Positions 27,358 to 39,679 are shown, numbered from the stretch's first letter. The stretch is 64,000 bases of DNA from Patescibacteria group bacterium (GCA_016861245.1 BOKZ01000001.1:77107-141106); one strand, 5' to 3'. The notes: generated by a model not told the origin, from the sequence alone. Numbers and translations: made by a program.

Positions 27358-27646
27358 TGACTCCGAAAACGGGTGGGACGACGTTCTGGTTTTTCTCCCA
27401 CTGCGGTGATAACTGCTGCAGCTGATCGAGTGTTAGCCCATTGTTGCCAGGAACGTCATCACGCAACATCTCGAGGTTTACGGCGTTCTTTTGGCTGCCG
27501 GTAGTTATCTCGCTTTTCTGGAGTGCTTCAACAAACTCAGCAATTTTCGGCAGCTCACGAGAAAACTTCTCTTTTTCAGCGTCATTTAATGCTAGACGGG
27601 CAAGTTTAGCAAGATGATCGATTTCGCTGGCAGATAGTCCTGACAT
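27344..27646 (-). CDS. gatC: Amidotransferase subunit C
   Basis: MSGLSASEIDHLAKLARLALNDAEKEKF. It overlaps gatA by 14 nt. Confidence 0.8.
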   Translation of the reverse strand: MSGLSASEIDHLAKLARLALNDAEKEKFSRELPKIAEFVEALQKSEITTGSQKNAVNLEMLRDDVPGNNGLTLDQLQQLSPQWEKNQNVVPPVFGVSDDV

Positions 27647-27687
27647 CAGGTTCAAGTATACCAATCCTGGAATTAGGGCTCAACTGG

Positions 27688-27715
27688 TTGATTTTTCTTA
27701 TGTTTAAGATATAAT
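27688..27715 (+). promoter_or_regulatory. Sigma70-type promoter: TTGATT, 16-nt spacer, TATAAT
   Basis: TTGATT at 27688-27693 and a perfect TATAAT at 27710-27715. It is followed by AGGAGG and the ATG at 27738. Confidence 0.6.
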
Positions 27716-27737
27716 CCCAAACGACACAGGAGGAAGT

Positions 27738-28310
27738 ATGACCTTTAACTCAACGACCATGGGAAGACCAATCTTTCTTTCGGGAGAGGTTGGCCCCGAT
27801 ATGCTCGGCAAACTCGACAACGCCTTAACCGAACTGCTTGATCCAAAGAAGCTCGAGGAAGGGCCTAAAAAAGCTACTATCGTTCTGAGCTCAAACGGAG
27901 GGCTTGTGAACTTTGGCGAAGCAATAATCGAACGCATTCAGCTTGCGTCGAAGATTATTCCGATTGACATCATCGGCGCAACATTCGTCGGTTCTATGGG
28001 GACAGCAATCTTCTTATCGGTACCACCCGCTCGGCGTTACGTGACATCACGTTGCCAGATCCTGATTCACCCGTACTCACGAGGAATGAAGGAGATCTCA
28101 TCGATTGCGCTTGATGCGTTACAGCGAGAGCTGGAGGAATCACTCGACGCCCTGTCCGTACCCAAAGCAGCCGAGGAACGGATTATCCGACAATTGATCA
28201 AGGAAACCGGTCTGCCGTCAACAACTATCCGAAAAATGTGGCGTAAGTCGCACCGGTTCACCGCCAAGGAGGCGGTCGAGCTTGGTCTCGCCAGTTCGAT
28301 CATCCGCTAG
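27738..28310 (+). CDS. ClpP-family (S14) serine peptidase-like protein, orphan with no adjacent clpX
   Basis: IVLSSNGGLVNFGEAIIERI resembles the ClpP INSPGG...AG.AIYD segment. GATFVGSMGTAIF contains the Ser position, and CQILIHPY contains the His position. Confidence 0.5.
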   Translation: MTFNSTTMGRPIFLSGEVGPDMLGKLDNALTELLDPKKLEEGPKKATIVLSSNGGLVNFGEAIIERIQLASKIIPIDIIGATFVGSMGTAIFLSVPPARRYVTSRCQILIHPYSRGMKEISSIALDALQRELEESLDALSVPKAAEERIIRQLIKETGLPSTTIRKMWRKSHRFTAKEAVELGLASSIIR

Positions 28311-28320
28311 CCCGCAAGGG

Positions 28321-31202
<2,882 letters not shown>

Positions 31203-31242
31203 CTCTGCAGTAATTATACCCGTTTAGTCGCGGGTAAAAGTA

Positions 31243-31818
31243 TTAGAACTGAACTTTAACCGGCTCTTTTTCACCCTCGGCGGCTTCAAAGAACTCACGT
31301 TGTGAGTAGCCGAGCATACCGGCAAACAACGAAGTTGGGAACTGCTCGATCTTAATGTTTAGATCTCGGACGTTGGCGTTGTAGAAACGGCGTGACGCCT
31401 GAATCTTATCTTCAGTATCCGTCAATTCAGTTTGAAGCTGAAGGAAATTTTGCGAAGATCTGATATCTGGATACGCTTCTGAGACAGCGAATAGCGACTT
31501 CAGCGTTTCGGAAAGCATATTCTCGGCCTTTCCTTTGGCGGCCGGCCCTTGTGCGTTCATCGCAGCGGCACGCGCTTCGGTTACTTTAGTGAATACTGTC
31601 TGTTCTTGCTTAGCGATACCTTTAACGGTCTCAACTAAATTTGGAATAAGATCATAACGACGCTTTAACTGAACATCGATATCGCTCCACGCCTCATCCG
31701 TTCTATTTTTTAGCGCTACTAAACTGTTGTAAGTAGCAATAAGCCATAAGAGAAAGAGAACGACCGCACCGATAAGTATCCAAATCCATAATGCCATTTG
31801 ATCTAATAATACGAGCAA
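31243..31818 (-). CDS. lemA: LemA-family protein
   Basis: N-terminal TM, then YNSLVALKNRTDEAWSDIDVQLKRRYDLIPNLVETVKG. Confidence 0.85.
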   Translation of the reverse strand: MLVLLDQMALWIWILIGAVVLFLLWLIATYNSLVALKNRTDEAWSDIDVQLKRRYDLIPNLVETVKGIAKQEQTVFTKVTEARAAAMNAQGPAAKGKAENMLSETLKSLFAVSEAYPDIRSSQNFLQLQTELTDTEDKIQASRRFYNANVRDLNIKIEQFPTSLFAGMLGYSQREFFEAAEGEKEPVKVQF

Positions 31819-31836
31819 CGCTGCGTCTTTGCAAGA

Positions 31837-32070
31837 CTACGGCTCGATCTGTAGGGTTTGATTCTCTTGTTTCTCTAGAAACGGGAATATCGCTGAGAGT
31901 CCTGTCTTGGCGCCTCGGAACGAGAGTAGAAGCATAACGAACAGTACTGCGCAGATAACACTGATCGTACCAACAACAATCATCATTAACGTCCGACGTC
32001 CTCCTGGGAAGCCAGCATGAGTAATAACTTCTTGCGCCTCACCAACAGTAATCAACGCTTCCTCTGCCAT
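31837..32070 (-). CDS. Small membrane protein (hypothetical)
   Basis: TM segment MMIVVGTISVICAVLFVMLLL. Confidence 0.45.
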   Translation of the reverse strand: MAEEALITVGEAQEVITHAGFPGGRRTLMMIVVGTISVICAVLFVMLLLSFRGAKTGLSAIFPFLEKQENQTLQIEP

Positions 32071-32107
32071 AGCTCCACTATATCGCGTTAGTTCGTTGTT
32101 CGACTAG

Positions 32108-33316
32108 CTATTTATTAGCTAACTCAAGCGCTCTTTCTAATACAGCGTCCGAGGTCCCTTCGATCTTATCTTCGATAACGACGTCTGGCTCGATCCCCAT
32201 CTTATTAATCGCTCGATCTTTCGGGGTTAACCACTCGGCGATCGTCAAACGAAGCGCAGCGCTGCCGTAGAGCGGAATAATATCCTGGACCGAGCCTTTG
32301 CCGTATGTTTTCTCGCCGATCAAGGTCGCCCGGTCGTAGTCCTGTAGCGCACCCGCTAAAATTTCTGAGGCCGAGGCAGAGCTGTCGTTAACGAGGATAA
32401 AGAGCGGCATGTCGGGCAGAATCGGTACACTCGTCGAACGCAGCGAATCGGTCTTCCCGCTCTTATATTTTTCTTTCACGATCACCGACGGTGGCAAGAA
32501 GAGTCCGGCGATCGGTGGCACCGAGTTAAGATAGCCACCAGGATTATTACGTAAATCTAAGATGATCGCTTTGGCTTTTTTATCTTTTAGAGATTTAGCT
32601 GCTTCTGTTACACCTTCTACGGTATCGTCTCCAAATTGGGAAACATCGATGTACCCGACTTGACCCTTCATCTCAGATTTAACGCTCTTTACTTGGATTT
32701 TTGCCCGAGTGATCTTGAAAACAATCGGATCGTCAGTGCCAGAGCGCTCAACTAATAACGCTACGGTCGTGTCTTTCGGACCACGGATTTTAGAGACAAC
32801 TTCGTCCAGTACCAAGCCTTCGGTCGGTTGATCGTCGACCGCGAGGATTAAATCATTTGCTTTTAGGCCAGCTTTCTCCGCCGGAGAACCTGGGATCAGC
32901 TCGACGATTTCAGTTCTTCTATCTTTTTCAGAAAGTATCGCACCGATCCCGTCAAATTGACCGCTTAACTCTTCGTCGAGTCGCTTGCGCTCGTCGGCCG
33001 GGAGGTAGCTCGAGTACGGGTCGTCGAGGCTCTCAACTAACCCCTTTGTTGCTCCTTCGACTGCTTTGTCTTTGTCGAGAGTACCGATGTATTCTTTCTG
33101 GAGTAAGCCGTAAACATTCCAAAACTGTGTTAAATCGAGCGCGCTTTTGCGACGCTCCATCGAGGTTCCGGCTAACATCCCCGCCGCGAACACCAATAGC
33201 ACAGCAAAAGTAACTAGTAACCTAGAAAAGAGTTGTCGTTTTTGCTGAGGCGATAGTTCTTGCATCCGTATAGCGTTGTACTTGCTTACGGTATCTTGCC
33301 AGTTAGAAACTCGCAA
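32108..33316 (-). CDS. C-terminal processing peptidase (S41) with PDZ domain
   Basis: FDGIGAIL, GSPAEKAGLKANDLI (PDZ), LDLRNNPGGY, ASASEILAGALQD. Confidence 0.85.
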   Translation of the reverse strand: MRVSNWQDTVSKYNAIRMQELSPQQKRQLFSRLLVTFAVLLVFAAGMLAGTSMERRKSALDLTQFWNVYGLLQKEYIGTLDKDKAVEGATKGLVESLDDPYSSYLPADERKRLDEELSGQFDGIGAILSEKDRRTEIVELIPGSPAEKAGLKANDLILAVDDQPTEGLVLDEVVSKIRGPKDTTVALLVERSGTDDPIVFKITRAKIQVKSVKSEMKGQVGYIDVSQFGDDTVEGVTEAAKSLKDKKAKAIILDLRNNPGGYLNSVPPIAGLFLPPSVIVKEKYKSGKTDSLRSTSVPILPDMPLFILVNDSSASASEILAGALQDYDRATLIGEKTYGKGSVQDIIPLYGSAALRLTIAEWLTPKDRAINKMGIEPDVVIEDKIEGTSDAVLERALELANK

Positions 33317-34400
33317 GTAGCTCAGTAATTGTGGCGACGTCTTTAATTACTCCGCCCCCGAGTAATACGCCGTGTTCGTCGTAAAATACAGCTGATTGTC
33401 CGGGCGTAATCGCTCGAGCCTTCTCAAGTAGCTCCACCTGAAAATCTTGATCGCTCCGGTGAACAGTTGCGGCGATATCTTCTGATCGATATCTAATCTT
33501 AACCAGGGCACGAGCTGGCAGCTGATTCTCATCGACTAACCAGTTACAGCGGCCGATCGTAAACGTCGTACTAAATAGCTGCTCATCGCTACCGACGATT
33601 AACCGATTGTTCTTTTGATCCTTAGCTAGTACGAACAGCGGCGGTACATCTCCTGTCCAACTAACCGAACCTGCGCCCAAACGCTGACCGATTGTGTACA
33701 GCGGCGTGCCCTCGTGGCGAGCAACTACACGGCCGTCGGTCAGCACTACTTCGCCAGGTTTAACTTGGAGACGAGACTCGAGAAAAGCTCGGACTTTAAG
33801 TGGGCCGATGAAACAAACCCCTTGGCTATCTTTTTTAAGCGCCGTCGGTAAGCCAAACTTCTTAGCTAGTTCTCGTACTTTTGGCTTCTCTAAATCACCG
33901 AGCGGAAACAGAATTTTTGGCAGCATTTTTTTATCGATTCGCCATAAGAAGTAGCTCTGATCTTTGTTACTATCGCTACCTTTCAGAATTTCGTAGTTGC
34001 CGTTACGCTTTTCAATTTTGGCGTAATGACCAGTTGCAAAATAATCTGGTTCGAACTGTCGCAACGCCTCCCAGAGCGCTTTAAACTTTATCTCGCTATT
34101 ACATAATACGTCCGGATTGGGGGTCTCGTTGTGCTGATAGGCTGCGAGGAACTCATCGATCACAAGTTTCTCGTATTCCTCAGAGAGATTAATCGTATGG
34201 AAAGGGATGCCGAGCGTATCGGCTGCCGCTCTAGCGTCGCGCTCTTCAGACTGCCAGTTGCACGGAAATTCTCTCGTTCCCGTCCAGCCTAAAGCAAAAA
34301 CTCCGACAACGTCGTACCCTTGTTCTAATAAAAGAGCCGCCGCAACTGAGGAGTCAACGCCGCCGCTTAGCCCAACTACAACACGTTTCTTATTTTGCAT
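33303..34400 (-). CDS. mnmA: tRNA-specific 2-thiouridylase MnmA
   Basis: The PP-loop is VVVGLSGGVDSSVAA; also CNSEIKF. Confidence 0.9.
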   Translation of the reverse strand: MQNKKRVVVGLSGGVDSSVAAALLLEQGYDVVGVFALGWTGTREFPCNWQSEERDARAAADTLGIPFHTINLSEEYEKLVIDEFLAAYQHNETPNPDVLCNSEIKFKALWEALRQFEPDYFATGHYAKIEKRNGNYEILKGSDSNKDQSYFLWRIDKKMLPKILFPLGDLEKPKVRELAKKFGLPTALKKDSQGVCFIGPLKVRAFLESRLQVKPGEVVLTDGRVVARHEGTPLYTIGQRLGAGSVSWTGDVPPLFVLAKDQKNNRLIVGSDEQLFSTTFTIGRCNWLVDENQLPARALVKIRYRSEDIAATVHRSDQDFQVELLEKARAITPGQSAVFYDEHGVLLGGGVIKDVATITELLASF

Positions 34401-34449
34401 TATCTACTCCGTTTGAGTTCGATAATTTTAGCAAATTTCCAGAGAAAAA

Positions 34450-35424
34450 TCAGTCTCGGAAGTTCTGAGTAAACATTTTGCCGTAGATTCCGCCGTCGAT
34501 CACGCCGATTCCTACTCGACCGAAGTCTTTCTCGAGAATATTTGCTCGGTGCCCGGGCGAGCGCATCAGCCCGGCGTGAGCGAGCTCGACAGTGGCAGCG
34601 TAGGCCAGATTTTCCCCAGCGGCGCTGTAGGTTATACCGGCTTTCTCCATCCGGTCAAATGGCGATAAGCCATCGGGATTTTCGTGAGAGAAGTAACCGC
34701 GCTTAAACATATCAACCGAATGCGCCCGAGCAACTTTAGCCGCTGCCTCGTCCCACACAAGCGCTGGCAACCCTTCCTTAAGTCGCTCTTGATTGATTAA
34801 CCGTAACATCGTTTGCTCAGAAGTCGTATCGATCTTAACGTCATCGGTAGTAAATTTTAGATCGACTCGTTCATCAGGAGCGATGATCTCTTCATTTTGT
34901 GCCGGCACTGTAAGAAAAGTTAGGCTTTGCTTAATATCACGACCAAATACTCGGTTGAGAAGCGACTCAACCTCGCCGCTTCGAGCAACAAAACCGCTCC
35001 CCAGCGTCGAGTTATTAACCGAGTTCTTTAGCCGCTCTGGTACCGGTAAGATCGCGATGACTGTTAACAGCACCGCAACGATAATCGTCGCCTTTAACAG
35101 CGCTGGAACAGCTCCGGCGACGCGATTCGTCACTGCCGTTCGGATCTTCTCTGGCACTAGTGGGTAAGCGTAACGCAGCGCGATCGAATAGAGCACTTGT
35201 AAGAATACCCAGTCTAACAAAAAGGCTAACGGCTCCGCTGCTGTTTGTTGCACACCAACGTTATCGACCAGCCAAACACCTAACGGCTGATACGTCCACA
35301 GTGCAACAAAGATGGTAATAAAGAATCCGATCAGTTCCAGGAGCTGTTCGATAAAGCCGCGACGTAGCCCTTCGGCCAGGTAAATAAGAAAAGTCACAAT
35401 TATGACGCCGTCTACCCAGTTCAT
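34450..35424 (-). CDS. CvpA-family membrane domain fused to a C-terminal CAP/SCP (YkwD-like) domain
   Basis: The N-terminus, MNWVDGVIIVTFLIYLAEGLRRGFIEQLLELIGF, is CvpA-like. The C-terminus, LINQERLKEGLPALVWDEAAAKVARAHSVDMFKRGYFSHENPDG...GENLAYA...GHRANIL, is a CAP domain. Confidence 0.6.
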   Translation of the reverse strand: MNWVDGVIIVTFLIYLAEGLRRGFIEQLLELIGFFITIFVALWTYQPLGVWLVDNVGVQQTAAEPLAFLLDWVFLQVLYSIALRYAYPLVPEKIRTAVTNRVAGAVPALLKATIIVAVLLTVIAILPVPERLKNSVNNSTLGSGFVARSGEVESLLNRVFGRDIKQSLTFLTVPAQNEEIIAPDERVDLKFTTDDVKIDTTSEQTMLRLINQERLKEGLPALVWDEAAAKVARAHSVDMFKRGYFSHENPDGLSPFDRMEKAGITYSAAGENLAYAATVELAHAGLMRSPGHRANILEKDFGRVGIGVIDGGIYGKMFTQNFRD

Positions 35425-35436
35425 ATCTCTACACTA

Positions 35437-36225
35437 TCAGCGCTCCTCTAAGGTGAATAGTCGAACTGCATTCTCGGTTGTTTTTGTTAAAATCTCATCA
35501 GAGGAGATATCTCGTAATTTAGCGTGAGCGGCAGCGATATCTTCGATCGAGCGCGGATCGTTACGTTCGCCGCGTTTCGCTTGAGGCGAAAGAAACGGCG
35601 CATCGGTTTCTAGTAGTAGTTTATCCATTGGGACTAAAAGACTATCAGCGCGCAGCTGTTCGTTAGCAGGATACGTCAACATCCCGGTGTATGAGATGTA
35701 ATAGCCAAGCGCTAAAAATTTCTGAAGCTGTTCGCGATTGCCGTTAAAACAGTGGATAACGCCTCTCACTTTCGGGTAATCAGACAGGATCGTTAAAATA
35801 TCGCCGTACGCTTCGCGACAGTGGACGATAATTGGTAGATTCTTCTCTTGCGCAAATTGCAGCAGCGCCCTTAAAACTGCTTTCTGTTCTTGAATGTTTG
35901 CTGCGTCTTTTTCACGGAAATAGTCGAGACCGATCTCCCCGATCGCCACTAATTTAGTGTTGGCCGAAAGTTGCTCAGAGAAACGGTCTAATAGCTTTGG
36001 TAAATCTGTAACTAATTTCGAATTGATATCGGTTGGGTGTATCCCGAGCGTCCCCCACACCAGCGGGTGACGTTTTGTTAGTCTGTCAGTCTCGTTATTC
36101 GATTCCTTCGACGTAGCTATAGTAATGACGCCGATCTCTTGCTTAGACAACTCAGCGATCAATTGTTCACGGTCGTGATCAAACTGCGGGAATTCGAGGT
36201 GTGCGTGTGTATCGATAGCGCGCAT
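35437..36225 (-). CDS. tatD: TatD-family metal-dependent DNase/hydrolase
   Basis: An internal ATG was chosen, giving a TAATG overlap with the upstream gene. Motifs are IDTHAHL, IGEIGLDY and IHCREA. Confidence 0.85.
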   Translation of the reverse strand: MRAIDTHAHLEFPQFDHDREQLIAELSKQEIGVITIATSKESNNETDRLTKRHPLVWGTLGIHPTDINSKLVTDLPKLLDRFSEQLSANTKLVAIGEIGLDYFREKDAANIQEQKAVLRALLQFAQEKNLPIIVHCREAYGDILTILSDYPKVRGVIHCFNGNREQLQKFLALGYYISYTGMLTYPANEQLRADSLLVPMDKLLLETDAPFLSPQAKRGERNDPRSIEDIAAAHAKLRDISSDEILTKTTENAVRLFTLEER

Positions 36226-37076
36226 TAGCGGAACGTCAGCACCGTCGCCCAGGTGACACAGGCTAGAATCACCACCGAAGCGACAACCATCCGCGGACGA
36301 ATCTTCTCGTGAAGAATTTCCCAAGAAGCAAAGAAAACGATGACTGGCGCCAAAATCGAGACCAGCGTCGTAAAGACGATACCGAGATCAGCATAAGCGT
36401 AGAAACGAGCGATCATCAAACCAAGTCCGAGTAGAGCGCTCGCAGCGATTAACCACCAGTGTCGGACGCTCACCCGACCGTATCTTGGCCGGTAATAAGC
36501 GAAGAAAAACAATGCGATAACAAACGTTCGGATTCCGTATAGCGCAACCGGCGTCATCGAATAGAGCAGATCCCGGATAATAATACTCTCCGTCGACATT
36601 AGCACTACTCCAAGAAGCGCGTTATACGACGTCGCGTCTTTGAGAAAATGTTCTTTACTTCCTTTCGACCAAATAAGCGCGACGCTAGCAACCAACGACA
36701 GTAAAAGAATTATCCCCTTCCCTTGAAGCTCCTCTGGGAAGAATGCTGCACCGAGAATAATTGTAATAAACGGACCCATCATCATTACCAGCTCGTGCTG
36801 GTACACCTTCTCGCGCTGGATACTCTGGTAGAACAAGACGTTATGCGCAACCGCAATTACGACCATCAAGAAGACCAAAAATAGCGTGTTTGGCAGCAGG
36901 ACGATCTGCCACTCAATCTTGCCTAAAAACGGTACAAGAATTAGGTTGAAACCAAACAATAGTAGAAATAAGAGCGGCAAAAAGACGTTGAGCTTTACTC
37001 GCTCACGCGACAAGATAACCTTATCAAGAATAGTACCGCTAGCGCCGGATAGCGCTGAAATTAACGCCGCCCACAT
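36225..37076 (-). CDS. EamA/DMT-family transporter (10 TM)
   Basis: Two 5-TM halves, hydrophobic throughout. Confidence 0.7.
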   Translation of the reverse strand: MWAALISALSGASGTILDKVILSRERVKLNVFLPLLFLLLFGFNLILVPFLGKIEWQIVLLPNTLFLVFLMVVIAVAHNVLFYQSIQREKVYQHELVMMMGPFITIILGAAFFPEELQGKGIILLLSLVASVALIWSKGSKEHFLKDATSYNALLGVVLMSTESIIIRDLLYSMTPVALYGIRTFVIALFFFAYYRPRYGRVSVRHWWLIAASALLGLGLMIARFYAYADLGIVFTTLVSILAPVIVFFASWEILHEKIRPRMVVASVVILACVTWATVLTFR

Positions 37077-37112
37077 ATATTCATGTTGGACAATTTTAGG
37101 TGTCTTGGCAAG

Positions 37113-38507
37113 CTATGTCGACAAACGCGGAAAGAGCGGTTGCGGTTTAAGAGATTTCAGTTGCGCTCGAATGTTCTTTGCCGTCTCGGGCATAAACGGC
37201 TCGAGTCGTGACGCGATCTCAATAATCGAAGACTGTTGCAGTAAATTCTCCGCTTGATCGGCGCTAACTTTACCGGACTTTAGCCACTCCCATGGCTTCA
37301 CTTCGCTAATCCACTGATCGGCGGCGCTGATTAGTTCGTTAACTTGCTGCAACTCACCAGAGAAATCTGCCGAAATTAGCGCCGAATCGATTTTCGGTTC
37401 GTATGGTGTGACGCTAACGCCTTTTTCTCGACACTTTGCCAACAGGTTAATCGTTCGGTTCACAAGGTTACCTAAGCCGTTGGCTAGCTCGCCCTCGTAT
37501 AACGCGTCGAACTCTTTCCAGACGAAGTTTGAGTCGCTGTAAAAGTTGAGTTGCCGAAGTAGTAGATATCTAGTTGCTTCAACGCCGTACCGGGCTTCAA
37601 GCTCGCTTGGCGAGATGACGTTCCCGAGCGACTTCGACATCTTCTTGCCGTCTACTGTTATAAACCCATGTACCAGTAGCTTCTTCGGTAACGGTAACTC
37701 GAGCGCAAGAAGGATCGTTGGCCAAATCACCGCATGGAACTTGACGATGTCTTTACCGATAACTTGGATCGCGGGCCAGTACTCCGCGACAGATTTGTCA
37801 GCGGCGACCAAAGCAGACAGATAGTTTAACAACGCATCGACCCAAACATACATCACCTGATCTGGGTCGCCTGGAACTGGAATACCCCAGGACAGCTTGT
37901 CTTTTGGCCTAGAAACGCTAACGCCCTCAAAATCTTCGAGAATATTTAGTACTTCTGCCCTTTTCGTCTCGGGCTCGATCGACTCGATCCAGGATCGGAT
38001 CGCGGTTTTGGTTTGATCGCTAAGCTCAAGATAATAGTTCTCTTCCGCCACTTTCTCCAGCTCAACTTCGTGAATAACGCACTTTCCGTTATCGATTTCT
38101 CTTTCGGTTTTAAATGCCTCGCAACCGGCGCAGTATAGCCCCTCATATTTTCTTTTTGAGATTACACCGGCCTCTGTTAATTTTTTCCAAGACTTCTGAA
38201 CAAACTCGGCATGTTTTGCGTCTGTTGTTCGTACGAAGTAATCGTTGCTAATTGAAAAGTCTTTCGTTACCTTCTGGAACTTTGCAGCAACGGCGTCGGC
38301 GTACTGTTGGGGTTTTTGTTTGAGCGCCTCGGCTGCTCGTTGGACTTTTACGCCGTGCTCGTCAGTACCAGTTAAAAAGAAAACGTCGTCGCCCTGAAGT
38401 CGGTAATACCTGGCCAATACGTCAGCCGCAACCAACTCGAGCAAAAAACCGATATGGGGCTCGGCGTTGATATAAGCGATTGATGTGGTGACTGTTGTTT
38501 TTGCCAT
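37113..38507 (-). CDS. metG: Methionyl-tRNA synthetase (minimal form)
   Basis: The HIGH motif is PHIGF and the KMSKS motif is KMSKSLGNV. ATG 38505-38507 was preferred over the GTG at 38510. Confidence 0.92.
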   Translation of the reverse strand: MAKTTVTTSIAYINAEPHIGFLLELVAADVLARYYRLQGDDVFFLTGTDEHGVKVQRAAEALKQKPQQYADAVAAKFQKVTKDFSISNDYFVRTTDAKHAEFVQKSWKKLTEAGVISKRKYEGLYCAGCEAFKTEREIDNGKCVIHEVELEKVAEENYYLELSDQTKTAIRSWIESIEPETKRAEVLNILEDFEGVSVSRPKDKLSWGIPVPGDPDQVMYVWVDALLNYLSALVAADKSVAEYWPAIQVIGKDIVKFHAVIWPTILLALELPLPKKLLVHGFITVDGKKMSKSLGNVISPSELEARYGVEATRYLLLRQLNFYSDSNFVWKEFDALYEGELANGLGNLVNRTINLLAKCREKGVSVTPYEPKIDSALISADFSGELQQVNELISAADQWISEVKPWEWLKSGKVSADQAENLLQQSSIIEIASRLEPFMPETAKNIRAQLKSLKPQPLFPRLST

Positions 38508-38540
38508 CACTGCTATGGTAACGGAAGCGAGTTAACAGGT

Positions 38541-38580
38541 AAAGAAAAAGGAGCAACTAGCTACGCGTACGCTAGCTGCC
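38541..38580 (-). terminator. Hairpin plus U-tract between rsmI and metG (terminator or attenuator)
   Basis: The minus-strand RNA is GCAGCUAGC-(9-nt loop)-GCUAGUUGC, a 9-bp stem including one G-U pair, followed by UCCUUUUUCUUU. It lies about 45 nt upstream of the metG start. Confidence 0.4.
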
Positions 38581-38665
38581 CCTGGAATCGGTATCCGCCA
38601 GTCGTCGTCGTTGACAGCTGTATAGTGCGATTATCTCCGACCTTAAGCGACACTCTAGCAGAATT

Positions 38666-39328
38666 TTAGTTTGCCGGCGCTAGAACAATTACAAGTTCAC
38701 CTTTAACTTGGGTCGGTAATTCGGCAGAAACCTCTCGCGGCGTACCGCTTACGATTTGTTCAAACTGTTTTGTGAGCTCTCGGCCAAGAATGATTTTACG
38801 TTCAGTCGCTCCCAATGTCTCAAGTTCGCTCAGTAGCTTACGAATACGCGGCGCAGTCTCAAATAGTACCACTGGTTCGTCTGTGGCTAGAATTCTTTTT
38901 ATAAATGTTTGCCTGCCCTTCTTTGTAGGGACGTAACCAGCAAATACGTACGAATTTGCTGGTAATCCAGCGACGGATAGTAAGGTCGTAACCGCCGAGG
39001 CGCCTGGAATTGGTACGACAGTGATGCCTTCAATACGACACGCCTCAACCAATTTACCGCCCGGATCGGCGATACCGGGCGTACCGGCGTCGGTGACGTA
39101 CGCCAATTCCGTACCATTTTTGAGCTCACGGAGAATCGTTTCAAGTTTATGTGGCGCAGAATGGTGATAATAGCTGTCGATTGGCTTAGAGATCGAGTAA
39201 GCGCTAAGAAGTTTTCGGGTTTGTCGGGTATCTTCGCAATAAATTTTGTCGACACTTTGAAGCGTCTCGATCGCTCGGAACGTAATGTCTTTTAAGTTAC
39301 CGATCGGGGTCGCAACGATATATAACAT
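38666..39328 (-). CDS. rsmI: 16S rRNA 2'-O-methyltransferase RsmI
   Basis: MLYIVATPIGNLKDITFRAIETL...YCEDTR. Confidence 0.85.
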   Translation of the reverse strand: MLYIVATPIGNLKDITFRAIETLQSVDKIYCEDTRQTRKLLSAYSISKPIDSYYHHSAPHKLETILRELKNGTELAYVTDAGTPGIADPGGKLVEACRIEGITVVPIPGASAVTTLLSVAGLPANSYVFAGYVPTKKGRQTFIKRILATDEPVVLFETAPRIRKLLSELETLGATERKIILGRELTKQFEQIVSGTPREVSAELPTQVKGELVIVLAPAN

Positions 39329-39342
39329 TTCAGGTTATTCTA

Positions 39343-39376
39343 ATAAAAAATGGCGGCCGGGTACACCCTGGCCGCC
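39343..39376 (-). terminator. Rho-independent terminator (GGCGGCC / GGCCGCC stem, U-tract on the minus strand)
   Basis: Plus-strand aaaaaaTGGCGGCCgggtacaccctGGCCGCC. The minus-strand RNA has a 7-bp GC stem followed by AUUUUUUAUU. It follows the 39386 ORF. Confidence 0.6.
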
Positions 39377-39385
39377 AGACCATCA

Positions 39386-39679
39386 TCAGTAAGCCTCCTC
39401 TCGCTCTTCGTCGGTCCCCGCAAGAGCACACGCTAGTATCACCAGCGGAACCATCGCAACGCCCTCAAAGAAATCCGAGCAGCCGACGATAGCAAGAAGG
39501 ACGAAAAGGCTGGTCAAGCTAAGGAACGATTGCCAGAGCAGCGCCAACGACTCCGGTGTGAACCACCCGAACCAGAAGCTAGCGATGAAAGTGATTAGGA
39601 TCGCCATCACCGCACCTGCCGCAACACAGCCGGACAGGATCGTTCCTCGACAGTCTTTATTCCGTTGACTAAAGAGCAT
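39386..39679 (-). CDS. Small membrane protein (hypothetical, 3 TM)
   Basis: Hydrophobic 97-aa protein. It is followed by the terminator. Confidence 0.5.
   Translation of the reverse strand: MLFSQRNKDCRGTILSGCVAAGAVMAILITFIASFWFGWFTPESLALLWQSFLSLTSLFVLLAIVGCSDFFEGVAMVPLVILACALAGTDEEREEAY

Noticed and set aside
36886-37257. Plus-strand ORF 36886..37257 and similar short ORFs antisense to transporters and synthetases (37546..37824, 40176..40469, 40571..40915, 42539..42736, 44650..44904, 45698..45961, 52507..53641 series, 54214..55166 series)
   Set aside because: All are nested antisense within well-supported, motif-bearing genes. They are spurious.
38511-38665. T-box riboswitch upstream of metG
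   Set aside because: The leader is only about 155 nt, and neither the T-box consensus nor a specifier-loop context was found. Only a hairpin plus U-tract is present.
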